Assembly (NCBI RefSeq): GCF_006345805.1
Contig: NC_043021.1
Location: 2,046,001 to 2,110,000 of the forward strand
Length of the DNA stretch: 64,000 nucleotides
Direction of reading: 5' to 3'
From: Octopus sinensis
Lineage: Eukaryota
Numbering within the stretch: position 1 is the first letter of the stretch; every line of letters starts with the position of its first letter. The position numbers and the translations under genes were made by a program. Below the pieces are notes generated by a model. That model was not told where the DNA came from. It saw nothing but the letters and a program-made list of their open reading frames with translations, and did not search any database. Positions 1-12,530 of the stretch are shown in pieces.

Positions 1-492
1 GCACTCTGGGCGAAATTCTCCTGTAAGACATGAAGGTTAACAAATTAAATTTTGATTAATCTTACAAGATTTGCGACCAGTTTGATAATGTCCAGTTCTT
101 GTGCTGTTGAGGGAACTAATTATGGACGTCTCCTTTTTGTAGAGGATTTGTTTTCACATGTAACCTGTCTTACCAGCCAAAACCATTTTTACTTGATTGT
201 TGATTGGTTGTGACACCAACTTGCTGATAGAAGTATTTTTGTTGGACATCTTATGAAAATGCCAGTGGTAGTCGTTTTCCTGATCTTCATCAACAAATGG
301 TAGATATATTGATTTGCCCTTTCAGTAGTTTTTCCACGGCTGGTTTGACTGAAAAAAAGGTCACAATATTGCTGCCAGTTTTATCCAAGATCTTCACAGC
401 AAAGTGAGCATCAGTTTCTAAGTCTTCAACTTCAACAGCTGTTAACTGGAAAATCCATTTAAAGTTTCTGCTGTCGGACAATTCTTGATGAT

Positions 493-806
493 ATCATCAT
501 TTAACGTCCGCTTTCCATGCTAGCATGGGTTGGACGATTTGACTGAGGTCTGGCGAACCAGACTCCAATCTGATCTAGCAGAGTTTCTACAGCTGGATGC
601 CCTTCCTAACACTAACCACTCCGAGAGTGTAGTGGGTGCTTTTACGTGCCAGTTTGGTGGTACTGGCAACGGCCACACTCAAATGGTGCTTTTCACGTGC
701 CACCTGCACAGGAGCCAGTCCAGCGGCACTGGCGATGACCTCGCTCGAATATTTCACATACCACCAGCACAAGTGCTAGTAAGGCGATGCGGTAACGATC
801 ACACTT
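493..806 (-). mobile_element. (GAT)n-tailed SINE family copy (core ggaagggcatccagctgtagaaac; 3' end ccaacccatgctagcatggaaagcggacgttaaatgatgat)
   Basis: Same sequence recurs at ~830-1110, 7836-8216, 28112-28260, 29030-29080, 44700-44870, 46110-46400, 49690-49800, 51220-51400 and 57775-57930. Core resembles the MetaSINE domain as recalled. Confidence 0.8.
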
Positions 807-1422
807 GAATTGTGTGCTTAACATTTTTGTTTACTCCTCACAAGAGATGATATAATGAAATAGTTGTTAATAGTTTGTCTTGTAAGTATAGTATTATCAT
901 TATTTAGCATCTGCATTCCATACTGGCTTGGGTTGAACAATTTGATAGGATCCAGGGAGCCAGAGGACTGCATTGGTGTCTTCTTTGGCTTGATATCCTT
1001 CCTAATGCCAACCATTTTACAAAGTGTACTGGGTGCTTTTTTTCATGGCACCGGCACTAGTGAGATTACCAGTAGCTTGCGAGACGAGCCCTTGAAAGTG
1101 GCGTGTATACAGTATGGGAGAGGTAGCTTTGTGCCAGGTGTTGAGAGGACAGGAATATGGATTTTGCTGTAGAGGAGATGCATGGAAATTAAAATACTCT
1201 GTTCTAAAATGGTCTTCAATGAAGTGACTTTTCATTGTGTGACCTTAATAGGACAGCCAAAAATTGCATTATGCCATACTCTTTTGAATTATAATTGATT
1301 AGATAAACAGAAAGCAACATTTAATCATCAGCATTGTCATTAAAAACCAAACAATGTTATTTTAAAGTTATTTTTGTCATGACCATGTTGTTATATATCT
1401 AGGTTAACATTGACTAATGTAG

Positions 1423-1600
1423 TACGAGGGGGTGAGGCTGAAAAGTTCCTGGCTTTGGGTTAAGAAAATACAGGAAGATCAGTCGGTTATGATTTTATAC
1501 AACATATTCTTAGATTCATGCACTCAATACAGCAGTCCTTCAGATTTTCTAAGCCCTGTAAAAGGACTCAAAGGTTGGGCCAGGAACTTTTCAGCACCTG
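1423..1600. mobile_element. Mariner-derived MITE/TIR remnant
   Basis: Starts TACGAGGGG like mariner TIRs. 17-bp inverted pair gctgaaaagttcctggc (1437-1453) / gccaggaacttttcagc (1579-1595). Confidence 0.65.
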
Positions 1601-3269
1601 TCTTTTTTTTTTAAGTTGGTAGGCTGTGATTTGAGAGCATCTTGCTATTTTAGATTAAAAAGAGGGTTCCTTACAGGCTTGTGAATGATAAAAGTGGTTT
1701 CTGCATGATTATTTTAAAACTTTTTATTACAAATAATTCACTCGTGGATGACTTTTTTTTGATGTTGCATATACTTGCAACGTGTTTGCCTGTTTGAAAA
1801 TAGGTTAGAAATTCACTGTTCAATAACCAGTAATCAGTTGATATCCACTTGTAAAATATCTGCTCCTAGGATTAAAAATGCTTGATGTAGCACCAATAAC
1901 TTTATTCTTTATTCATGTAGCTAAAAGTGCTTTGGTGTATTGAATGAAAGATATTATTAGTACCACCAACACAGTACCATCTTGTATTATCTCCTGCTGC
2001 TTCTTTCATCTATCCCCACCCACTATTCCAGGGGTGGGTGGGTTGTGGGGGGTAGTCCTCAGACTCATCCTCTTGTAATATCAAATAAGTAGCTGCCATC
2101 ATTACAGTTTTCTGCTCAATTCCCAAGGATGACCAACTGCGTCTATGGACTAATATCCAACCATTTTGTTCTTGCTCTACCCCTAGGTCCTACCTGTTGG
2201 CTGAGTTTGAAGAATCCATTTAGCAATTCTTTCCTGTAACATTCTAAACCTAATTGTTTTACAAAGTTTGTCAATTGATTTTCAAGTGAAAGACACCTGT
2301 TTATGAAGAAACTTTAAAATCTAATTGATATCTTCACTTTTTTTCTATTATTCTACATAATTATAATTATTTTTGCTATTCTACCTAATGTCCTTCATCA
2401 GTTTGGTTTACTAACATTAAATCTTAAAGCACTTTTTTTCTTTTTTTTTGGTTTTCATTCTCAAATCTTTTCGGAATGTTGTTTCTGCCTCATCCAATCT
2501 TGTACAATCTCTAGTGTAATTTAACATTGATCTGATTTCTTGCTTAAGATTTATTACTCCTAAATTAAAACCACTTGAGGTTAATATTTCATCATATTTC
2601 TTAACTTGACAAATGACAGTTATATTGTTGCACCATCCATCCTCGTAGCTTCTAGAACTTGCATACCCAGTCACCTACAAACTTTAAATGTTCAAACAGC
2701 ATACGACAAAGATACGGGAACTCTTTATTTATATAAATTTCTTTTATTTAATCTTGACAAACACTTAAATAACTGCAAAATACTTTTAGCACACTAGACC
2801 CCAAATCTGTAGTTCATGAACCTCCCACTTCCTGTCTGAGAACTACTTTAACTATCTCCCTTCTACTGTCACCACCAACATAGATTCTGTTAATATACAA
2901 ACAGACTAGACACAAATGCCATGTTTTTGTTCTTTTTTCTGCAACAGTGTGCCGTATGATGAGCTTAGTGGAGTGTACAACATGCTCTCTGATTAAAGGT
3001 GTGAGAGTTAATTAAAGGGTTGCTCCAACGTGCTTCGTTGAGCAGCTTTATACCATAGTATTACTCGTTTTAACATCTGCTTTTTTTTTTTTTTTTTTTA
3101 CCTGGTGGCACAGATTAGTTTTAGTAAGTGACCCTGGTCGTGTGGTGGTACAGGTGTGTAGATGAAATGGAACACCAGCGATTGGTAGTTGGGAGAACAG
3201 CAAAATAACGATACGATATGAAGTTTAGATGAAATCAAGAGAAAGTTAGGCAGAGTTGTTATCATTATT

Positions 3270-3730
3270 AGTAAGGTGGTGAGCTGCCAGAAACGTTAGC
3301 CTGGTAGGCAGAATGCTTAGTGGTATTTTGTCTGTCTTAACATCCTGAGTTCAAATTCCGCTGAGGTCGACTTTGCCATTCATCCTTTCAGGCTTGATAA
3401 ATTAAGTACCAGTTGTGTACTGGCTCCCTCTCCCCAAAATTTCGAGCCTTGTGCCTAGAGTAGAAAAGATAATTATTATTATTTGTAGTAGTAGTAGTAG
3501 TAGTAAAGTGGTGAGCTGACCAAATCATTAGTGTGTAGGACGAAATACTTAGTGTCATTTCTTCCAGCTCTTGATGCCCTGAGTTCAAATTCGACCACAG
3601 TTGACTTTGCCTTTCATTGTTTTTCAAGAATGGAAAAAATAAGTATCTGTCAGATACTGGGGTTGATGTACTCAACTTGTTCCCTCCCCCTCAAATTTGG
3701 TGGTCTTGTGCCAAAATTATAATCATTATC
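3270..3730 (+). mobile_element. Two tandem copies of an (ATT)n-tailed tRNA-headed SINE (core gagttcaaattccgctgaggtcgactttgcctttcatcctttc)
   Basis: B-box-like GAGTTCAAAT and shared core; more than 20 copies in the window. Confidence 0.8.
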
Positions 3731-4282
3731 ATTATTTGTTAGTTTATATGTTGGTGGAGGGGAGATATTTTGGCATCTGCATAGCTATCCCTTGATCCCC
3801 TTTCTACAAATGATAGAGAACCTTCGATTTTGAAAGCAGTTTGAAGGTTTTTATATACAGTGGAATGTAATACAGTTGGCCTGTAAATTTTTTGACCAGT
3901 AAATTCCAGTTTTGCTTTATACAACAACTGTACTGACAACATGACCGTAGAAAAAAAAATCTTCAAAGATATTTCATATTTATGATGCTGATAAAACATT
4001 TGCATAATCATTTAGTCAGCAACACAATTCCTCAGTTGGTCATGAGATAAACTAACAATTCCTATTTTGATTCAATAGAAGTTTCTATAAACAATTCCAT
4101 TACTGTTCGATTTTTGGAATCTGTAGCTAATTCTGTTCTGTATAAATTTGAAATGTTTTCCTTATAATTTTGTTCAAATAGCATTATATTAATTATATTT
4201 AAGGTTACATTTTTGATATTAAACAGTTGTCAAATAAGCATTTAAAAAAAATTTTTTTTATTAATTAATTTTTTTCTTGCAG

Positions 4283-4314
4283 TATTTCACTGGCAGGCTA
4301 CCATTATGGGTCCA
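4283..4314 (+). CDS. UBE2D: Ubiquitin-conjugating enzyme E2 D (UbcH5/effete), internal coding exon (xFHWQATIMGP)
   Basis: ttcttgcAG acceptor and GTAAGT donor. 32 nt, translating to FHWQATIMGP; same size and phase as the corresponding human UBE2D exon as recalled. Confidence 0.96.
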
Positions 4315-6332
4315 GTAAGTACCTTTTACTCTCTTTTCTCTGAACATTTTTGTACTATTGTTGCTTTCTGATGTTGAGTTTTGTGAAAATAGGTTGAGCA
4401 TTCCTTATTTAAAATGCTTGTTTCAGATTCCAGAGTGTTTCAAAGTTTGGAACCCCCTGTAAACTACTGTTTAATAGACTCTAGCTCACCGTGTGGAGAT
4501 GGCTTTTTTGACACCTTAGATACACATAACCCGCTGGTAGAAAGGTAAGCTATTGTTGCTACGTCAACCACTCAAGTGGCTGAACAGTGAGACATACTTG
4601 TGAAAGAGTGCTTAAGTTTAGAGGTCTGCATGGCATGTTGTCTTCTTTTACACTCTAGTCATTATCACAAACTCCACTTAGTAACTCATTACTGTAAATT
4701 GATGAGGATTAGGAGTAATTATCTGTTGGGTCTCACTGTCACACCTCACTTCAGCTGTCTTACCTTTCATTTATCCTCTCACATTGCAGTCTGTTTGATG
4801 GTGTGCAGTGTAACTGCAGCGGTATCAGGCATGTCTTTGCTTGAAAGTACTGTGACCGACATGGGTTTTATGTGAACGGCATAGACTAATAAAAAGGTGC
4901 ACTGGATTACAGGTAAACCTCATTAAGGAGGAAACTGGTTTATGATGAAGCTTTTTGGATTTCAGGAGTTTGATTTTTGTGTAGTTTGAAACTGAACATA
5001 AGAAATATAAGAAATTGAGATATATACATGTATATATATATATATGTTGTTAATTATGGTTTTTAAATTAACTCTTTTAATAGCAATGCACCCGTGACTA
5101 CCCAAACTAAAATGTTAGTTAAATTAAAACCTGGATGATATTGTGATATCAAAGAGATTTCAGTTGTCAACATAACTTAAAACATATCAGTGTATAAAGT
5201 AAGAGAAATTTTAATGAAACCCTCCCGAAACCTACTTTCATTAGAAATAAAGAGAAGGGTTGACAGAATGCTTCAAATTCATGGGTGGTGGTTTATAATA
5301 GATTGGATTGGTCTCTATATTTTAACACTGGGCTAGATGAAAGGGCAAGTTCAAGACATCAGTGGGGCTTGAAACTGAATATAATGATATTCAAGCCAAC
5401 TGTTTAAGATATTTCCTCTGGTACAGCCTCAATTCTGCTTCTCTGATCCATCTAAAGGTACTAATTCATTTATAGAATGGAAGTAACAGCCCTCATCTAA
5501 ATTTGCAATTTTGTCTTTGCAAGTAACACTTGGGTCCATTTTTTAATTTTATTTTTTTTAATGGTTTGGTCAGACAAGGAAGGGTAGTTTCCACAATCCT
5601 ATTCAGAATGGCTGAGACCGATGGAAAGAAGTTATCCTCAGACTGCAGACTTGACCTAAATTCCTGCAACAGAGTGGACTCTGTTAAAGGCATCACAAGG
5701 ATCAAGACAGGGAGACAGGGGAAGTCTACCAACTTAGAAGAACAGGGGCCTCTATGGTGGGTTTCCATGGAATTTCTCTCTACAAATTTTTACTGACATT
5801 AAGGATGTATAGTAGATTTGAACTCAAAGCCATGGAGTTGCAGAGTGAACTTATTGAGCACACAGTCATACTTATTACCATCTTCTCAGTTGTCATCTAA
5901 TAATTTCTGTCCCAACTTGCCTGAGCCCAGACTTTTGTCTTGTTAATCTAGAGGAGGCCATGTTGAGTGGCTCTGATGATCTCTGAGGTAATTGGTGAAA
6001 GGAAGTAATCTTGTTATTCTGACTTTACTAATGTTTAGGAATTGTGAACTTCAGTGTGATATTAGGATATATTAGGGAGTAACAAGTTTGGAAATTTCAC
6101 CATATTATTCAAAATTAACAACTGTTTAGAGGCTTTTGCATTAAAAGTAGGGGTTGTCTCTACCCAGTTACAATCTAACATAATTTGTGGTTAGTAGCAC
6201 TGTAAGTTCCATCTGAAATATAGTTTTAGGAACAGAAGAGTTCAAACATTGTTCTGTGGAAGGTAATGGGGGATCAAAGAACCAAAGATTTCTTAATTTT
6301 GACAACTGAAAAACTATCGCTAATCTTTTTAA

Positions 6333-6584
<252 letters not shown>

Positions 6585-9500
6585 TAAGACTTAATGGAAG
6601 TGCTTTTTGCCTTTGCTGGTTTATGTAGACTCTGACAGAATTAGTTTCAGGCTCTGGTGAACAAATTGATGGAATCACGACTGGAATCTTGTGCTTATTA
6701 GAAATGACTTAGAACGTTTGCATTTTTAATGTAACATCGGTGCAAAAACAATTGATTTAAAGCAATATACATCTTGGTTTAATCAAATTAATAGCTATAG
6801 AATCTACATGCATAAAAGAAGTCTATTCCGTTAGCAGAAAATTCTGGAGTTCCCTGAAGCTGCTGTTGTTGAGGGTTTCCTTTTGTAGGGTATTGAGATG
6901 TGAAATGTTAGGAAAATGGCTGTAGTTTCAGAGAGCAGCAGCAGTAGGAGGAGGAGGAGGAGTAAGCTGGTAAAGTAGTCATGTATCTCCTGTTCCCGTC
7001 CTGTTTTTCATATTTTATCCTCTCAACATCTAACATAAAGAACCCCACTCTTTTGAGAAAGTTCTCCAGTCTTGCCAGTTACATGAAAACTTCACTAGTT
7101 GCTGCATAACACCAGCAGCCCCCACCATCCGTACACTGCATAAAGTGCTTGGTGTGAAGAAGGACATCAAGTTGTAGAAACCATGCCAAGGTAGACGTTG
7201 AAGCACATCAGTTCAATAAGATCCAACTTGTTGGATCTTATCGAACTCTCTGCCTCGTGCTAGCAAGGAAAACTGTCAAATGCAGTTAAATTGTTAGTAT
7301 CAGTTTAAAATTAAGAAAAACAGTAATTTTTGCAACAACCTTTTATTCATCTTCTAAATAATTCATTTAGTTAAGTACTGCGCTTTCAACCAAACAAGAT
7401 TTGCTGGCTCTCACTTGGGGCTCTTGTATTTATGCAACAATTTATTAAAGTGGCACATTTGAGCATTTTGGTTAAAGGGAATTAAGGGTAATTTTAAGTA
7501 TCTGCTATTTAGTGTGTGTGTGTGTGTGTTTAGCAGCTCATACAATCTGTTTTGTATGAATTAACTCAGTGCAGTGGTAATGAAATGTCTGAAAGAAGCA
7601 TTTGATTTTGTAGATGGAAACTGTAAGGAAGTCCATTGTGTGTGTGTTCACATGTTTTTAGGTTCTCCCATAAACGAAATATCTAGCAGTAGTTTGACCT
7701 GCAAAGATGTGGGACAATATTACCTTACTTAAAAACAAAGGTTGGTATCAAGAAGGGCAATTAGCCAAAGAATATTTCAAGAAATCTTGTCCAGCTGATA
7801 TCAGTAGAGAAAAGTAATGGATGGAAAATGATGATTATCATCATCATCATTTAACACCCGTTTCCCTGGCTGGATGGTTTGACAGGGAGGAGTAGGGTGC
7901 TTTTTACATAGCACCAGTACAGTTGCTGAGTGACTTGCAAGACAAGACCCCTCAACTGAATGGAGAATAGTATTGAGGGAGGTGGTTAGAGAGATGAAAA
8001 AAAGCACCATTTGAGCATGGTTGAGGCCAGTGCCAGCGGTGTGTAAAAAGCACCTACTAAACTCTCGGAGTGGTTGGCGTTGGGAAGGGCATCCAGCTGT
8101 AGAAACATTACCAGACTGGAGTCTGGTGCAGCCTCCTGGCTTGCCAGGCCTCTGTCAGTCTGTCCAACCCATGCCAGCATGGAAAGTGGACGTTGAACGA
8201 TGATGATGATGATGAAGACACAAAGCACAAACAGGTATCTTGGTGTAGAGGAGATACCTGAAATATCCCATACTTAGATCTAATTAGCACACTAAAACAG
8301 TAGCTTGGTTTTACATCATCATTTGTCTGATTTCCATACCGACGTGGGTTTGGATGGTTTGGCAGGAGCTACACCCTGTTCCATAGTCTGTTTTTGGTTT
8401 CATTTCTACAGTTGGATGCTCTTCATAATACCAGCCACTGTGCAGTGAATACCAAGTACTTTTTATGTGGCGCCAGGACTTTTTACTACCTACATGACAC
8501 TAGTGACTTAGTGCTGGCTAACAGTTGAATTAAAACCAAAAAGATATTGGAAGAAAGAAAATGAAGTGAAATGTCATATTTCTGTTGCAGCCAGTCGTGT
8601 CTTGGTCGTCGAAGGAACTGTAATTGCACAATTTGGCAGTAAAATAATTTGTTAATTTGCAGAGCTTGTGTTATATAATTAGTGCTTCTCAGATAAGAAA
8701 TACTTCACATGTAAAGGATTTATAAAGAACCAATGAACAAAGAGCAAAATATCTGGTTCAGATGATTGGTGTCTTTAATTAACACAATAAAGTAAATAAC
8801 CAACCTGCTTGGAACTGCCCCTGAAGCAGCGATGCAGACTTCCTGTTTCAAAGTGATCTAAATTAACATCTCCCGTCAAAATTTCATATTTATTTTTCCA
8901 AACTCCATCTTAATAATGGCATTTATTAAAAAATTTTTTCCTTATTTTAAAAACCAGTTGAAATAAAGGTAATCTATCTCCATAGAAATAGAATAACAAA
9001 AAAAGGGTTACTGTAATAGCTTCGTTTTTAACTGTGCGCATGCATGCACGCACACATATACACACAAAAAGATGATGTCTGTGTAGGAGTGCAGACATGG
9101 CTATTTGCTTCCTAACTGTGTAGTTTTTGAGTTCATCCCATTGTGGGGTTCCTTGGGCAAATATCCTCTATAGCTCCTGAGCAGATTTGATTGATGGAAA
9201 CTGAAAAAAGCCTGTTATTTATTTGTGTGTGTGTGCGTTCATGTTTTGACATAGTGTTCTAATTGCAAGCAAATTCCACAGTCCCACGAGGGGTGGTGGT
9301 GGTGTTTGCAACATTCTGTGAAAATGTGTTCAAAGAACTTGGAGTAATTAACTTTGAGAAGCAGGTGAGAGTTGGCAAATCAGCTTAAACCTATTTAGTT
9401 TAACTTACGCAACCATAACAACATGAACATTATAACAAATCGTGATGATACAGGCACTCCTTATAGTATTGGGGGCTTGGTGCTTCAATGTCGTTCTAAA

Positions 9501-11479
9501 TGTGTGTGTGTGTACACATGATATGAAAATTATGCTTCAATTTTGCCTATTCCATTGTTTCGGTGATGATTTGTAGCAGGTTGTATATAATGCAGTCTGG
9601 TTGATATTGCTGCAACTTGTAGCTAATGCAGTGTTGTGACTGAGTACGTTTTTGCATGGTGCAATGCTGTTACAGTTTTTGGCACATGGTTTTGCAAAAT
9701 GTCGTGGTATTGGTCTCTATAATGGTTTGGGTCTTAGAATAGAAATCCTGATTTGTCTTTCAGTGACATTCTACTGGTGTCCTGTACAATTTGTGTTGGC
9801 ATTGAACGACTTATGATTTCTTCAGTTCTAGTTGGCTGATTCCACTTATTGAATGCCTCAGTAGGGTTACAAGAAATAATTAAAGCCATTTAAACAGTGT
9901 ATAGACTGACAGGTGGCAATGAAATGGTGTGTTGCAGATGTGCTGAAAGCATCAAGCTATCTGCTACGAAATATCCTTATTTATTTCACTTAATACTGAG
10001 TTGCCTCTTATTAACCTTCTCTATGCTAGCAAGATTAATCTAAACTGATCAATGTACAATTTTCGCTCACAATTGTAAACCAGCAAATGACTTATCAGTT
10101 GTCATGACAATATGTCCCTCAGAGTCGCCTGCAGTCCACTGAGTTGTTTTTTTTCTCCCCCTAGAATTAAGTAAGTGTGAAATAAGCTCCCAAGCTATTT
10201 CAGGCTGGTTTTTTTTCTTTCATGCATGAGATGTTGAACTCCACTCCCTGCTAATTTTACAGTGGATTCTCTACCCCGTGTGGAATTCCTAGATCTAGGT
10301 TGACTGCTGTTAAGTTTCTTGGATATAAATACCATGTCTGGTAGTTGAGATTTCCCCCTTTTATAATCTATCTTCATTCTGCTCTGTCTGCACTTGGTTC
10401 AGGTTTGAAGGAGAGAAGGGAGCGAACTCTACAGTTACAGAGTTGTACTTGCCAGGCAAAGTGATTTGCTCTCTGTGTTTGTAACTAATAAACAATTACA
10501 GCATCGAAAACACATTAACCATTCAAAAATACAGGCAAAGACTTTTCACTTAAACATTATTTGGCATCAAAATTTTCTTCTCACCAACTGCGACCTAATC
10601 AGTGATGCAGTTCCACTGCATCTTGTCCTTGATCAGGTCACAATTGGCGCAACATAAATTTTGACACCAAATAGTGTTTAAATTAACATCTTTGTGTGTT
10701 TTTGTATGGTTTATGCGAGTCTTCCATGCTGTAATTGCTGTTTACAGTTTTACTTGAATATAAAATTGCAGGTTTGAAAATTGAATTTAGTGTTGGTTTA
10801 ATTCTATTCTCCACATTTTCCAAGTCACATTATCCCTTGCAATATTTTTACATCTATCCAAGGCATAGAGAGATGCCCTCTAGAAGTATGTGGACTGTAA
10901 GTTTATATAATGCACTTTTTATACTAAATTTTAGATGGTTACAAGTTTTGGCAGCAGTGCATGACACTGGAATAGTGGGAGCTGAATAGCTGTCTTTGCA
11001 GCTCTGCTAATGATGGTACTGAATTTTTAGGTAGCAAGGCTAGACTAAGGTTTGTTGGACATGAAGCTGCTAACATCTTAGCATTACAGACCTGGAGATT
11101 AACTCTGTACCTGACAAGACCTTATTGCATATTGGTCCTTTTTTTTAAATCCTGGTTGAGCATTAAGAACTTCAACTGTTGTTGTTTCTGTAACCCCTTT
11201 CATGTCAACAATCTGACTAAGTTTGCCACTGTGATCTAAATTAACTCTCTTTCAAATTTATCCTTACATTGACACTACTTGAGCAATAGTGTGTTTGTAG
11301 AAATGCCCCTTAAACCAGTGGTCCCAACCACTGGCCTGTGGACCAGTACTGTACTGTGGGTCATTTGGACTGGGCTGCTCATAAAAAATAAATTTTTAAA
11401 TTTTGAGTTGGACTATATGTATTACATTGTAATAAAAGTAGAAATACAATGTAATAATCACATTTGCATTATATATGTA

Positions 11480-12530
11480 ATACGCAAGGGTTGGCTTTAA
11501 TTTCATAGGCCGACTTAAGATGCTCTCATGGAATGTGACCAAATGAGATCTATTTTTCAACATAGTCCCCCGCTTGTGGTCCACACACTTCTCCCATCGG
11601 TGTTGCAGTGCTCGGATCCCATTGGTGAAGTAGCTTTCATCCTGTTGGTCAAAAAAAATCATCAACAGCAGATGTCATCATCACTGTGATACTGGGTCCC
11701 AGCTAAGCGTTTCTTTCATGTTGGGGAACAGATGATAGTCAGCTGAGGGGCCAAACCAGGAGGGTATGGATGGTTATCAACCAGTTCAAAGCTGTCATCC
11801 CACACAGCAACCATTGAAAGCAAGGACTTGTGTTGATGAAACGAGACCCCTTTCATCAGTTCTCCCAGGCATTTGATCTTGAACTGCCTCAGTAAGCTGG
11901 TATGACCATACCATCATTGATGGTACGGTCCTTTTGAAGATAGTCAATAAACACTACCCCAAAAAAGCTGAGGTCATCACCTTCCCTGCAGATGAAATGA
12001 CTTTGGCCTTTAGAGCAGGTGAGGAGAGGTGTTCCCATTGCATGGATTGCTTCTTTGTCTCTGGCTCAAAGTAACAAGCCTACCACTCATCTTGGGTTAG
12101 GAAACGTTTAAGGAAGCCAGCTTGATTGGCTTCAAACAATGTCCAATTTTCCTGTGATGTGATCAGGTGTCAGAAGACGTGGCACCCACCGAGCAGGAAC
12201 CGTCATCATATGTTCCTGGTGCAGAATATTTTCAACTCTCTCATGAGATCTGCTAATAGCATTGGCTCTTTGATTTATAGTCAGTTGCCTGTCGTCCATT
12301 ACCATGTGGTGAACATGATCAATGATTTCCTTGGTGGTGGCAGTTGCCTGTCATCCATTACCTTGAAGTATCTTCAAGATCCTCTCTTCCCTTCCTAAAT
12401 TCATTTGCCCGCTTTTGCACTGTTGATAAGGCTGGAGCATAATCCTCTAATGTAGCAACCATGTCAGCATGAATGTCCTTGGGGGCTAAACTGTTTTTCT
12501 GCAGGTGCTTGATAACACCATGAGGCCCAG
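11480..12530 (-). pseudogene. Decayed mariner (DD34D-type) transposase in a UBE2D intron
   Basis: Minus-strand fragments: HTH region (GVIKHLQKNSLAPKDIHADMVATL), ETKKQSMQW, KVMTSAFWG, PYPPGLAPSADYHLFP (YSPDLAPSD motif), C-terminal GIRALQHRWEKCV. Several frameshifts. Confidence 0.88.

Noticed and set aside
290-481. 63-aa minus-strand ORF (MSDSRNFKWIFQ...)
   Set aside because: No motif recognised; possibly old transposon debris, cannot be supported.
1-4282. UBE2D exons 1-2 (MALKRI.. / ELxDLxRDPPxQCSAGPVGDD)
   Set aside because: No matching sequence found by eye on the plus strand; probably upstream of the window.
8591-8619. Possible cassette exon after tttctgttgcAG
   Set aside because: Donor (CT|GTAATT) is weak; far less convincing than the three reported candidates.
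9270-9364. Possible exon ending CAG|GTGAGA
   Set aside because: Good donor but no clear pyrimidine-tract acceptor.
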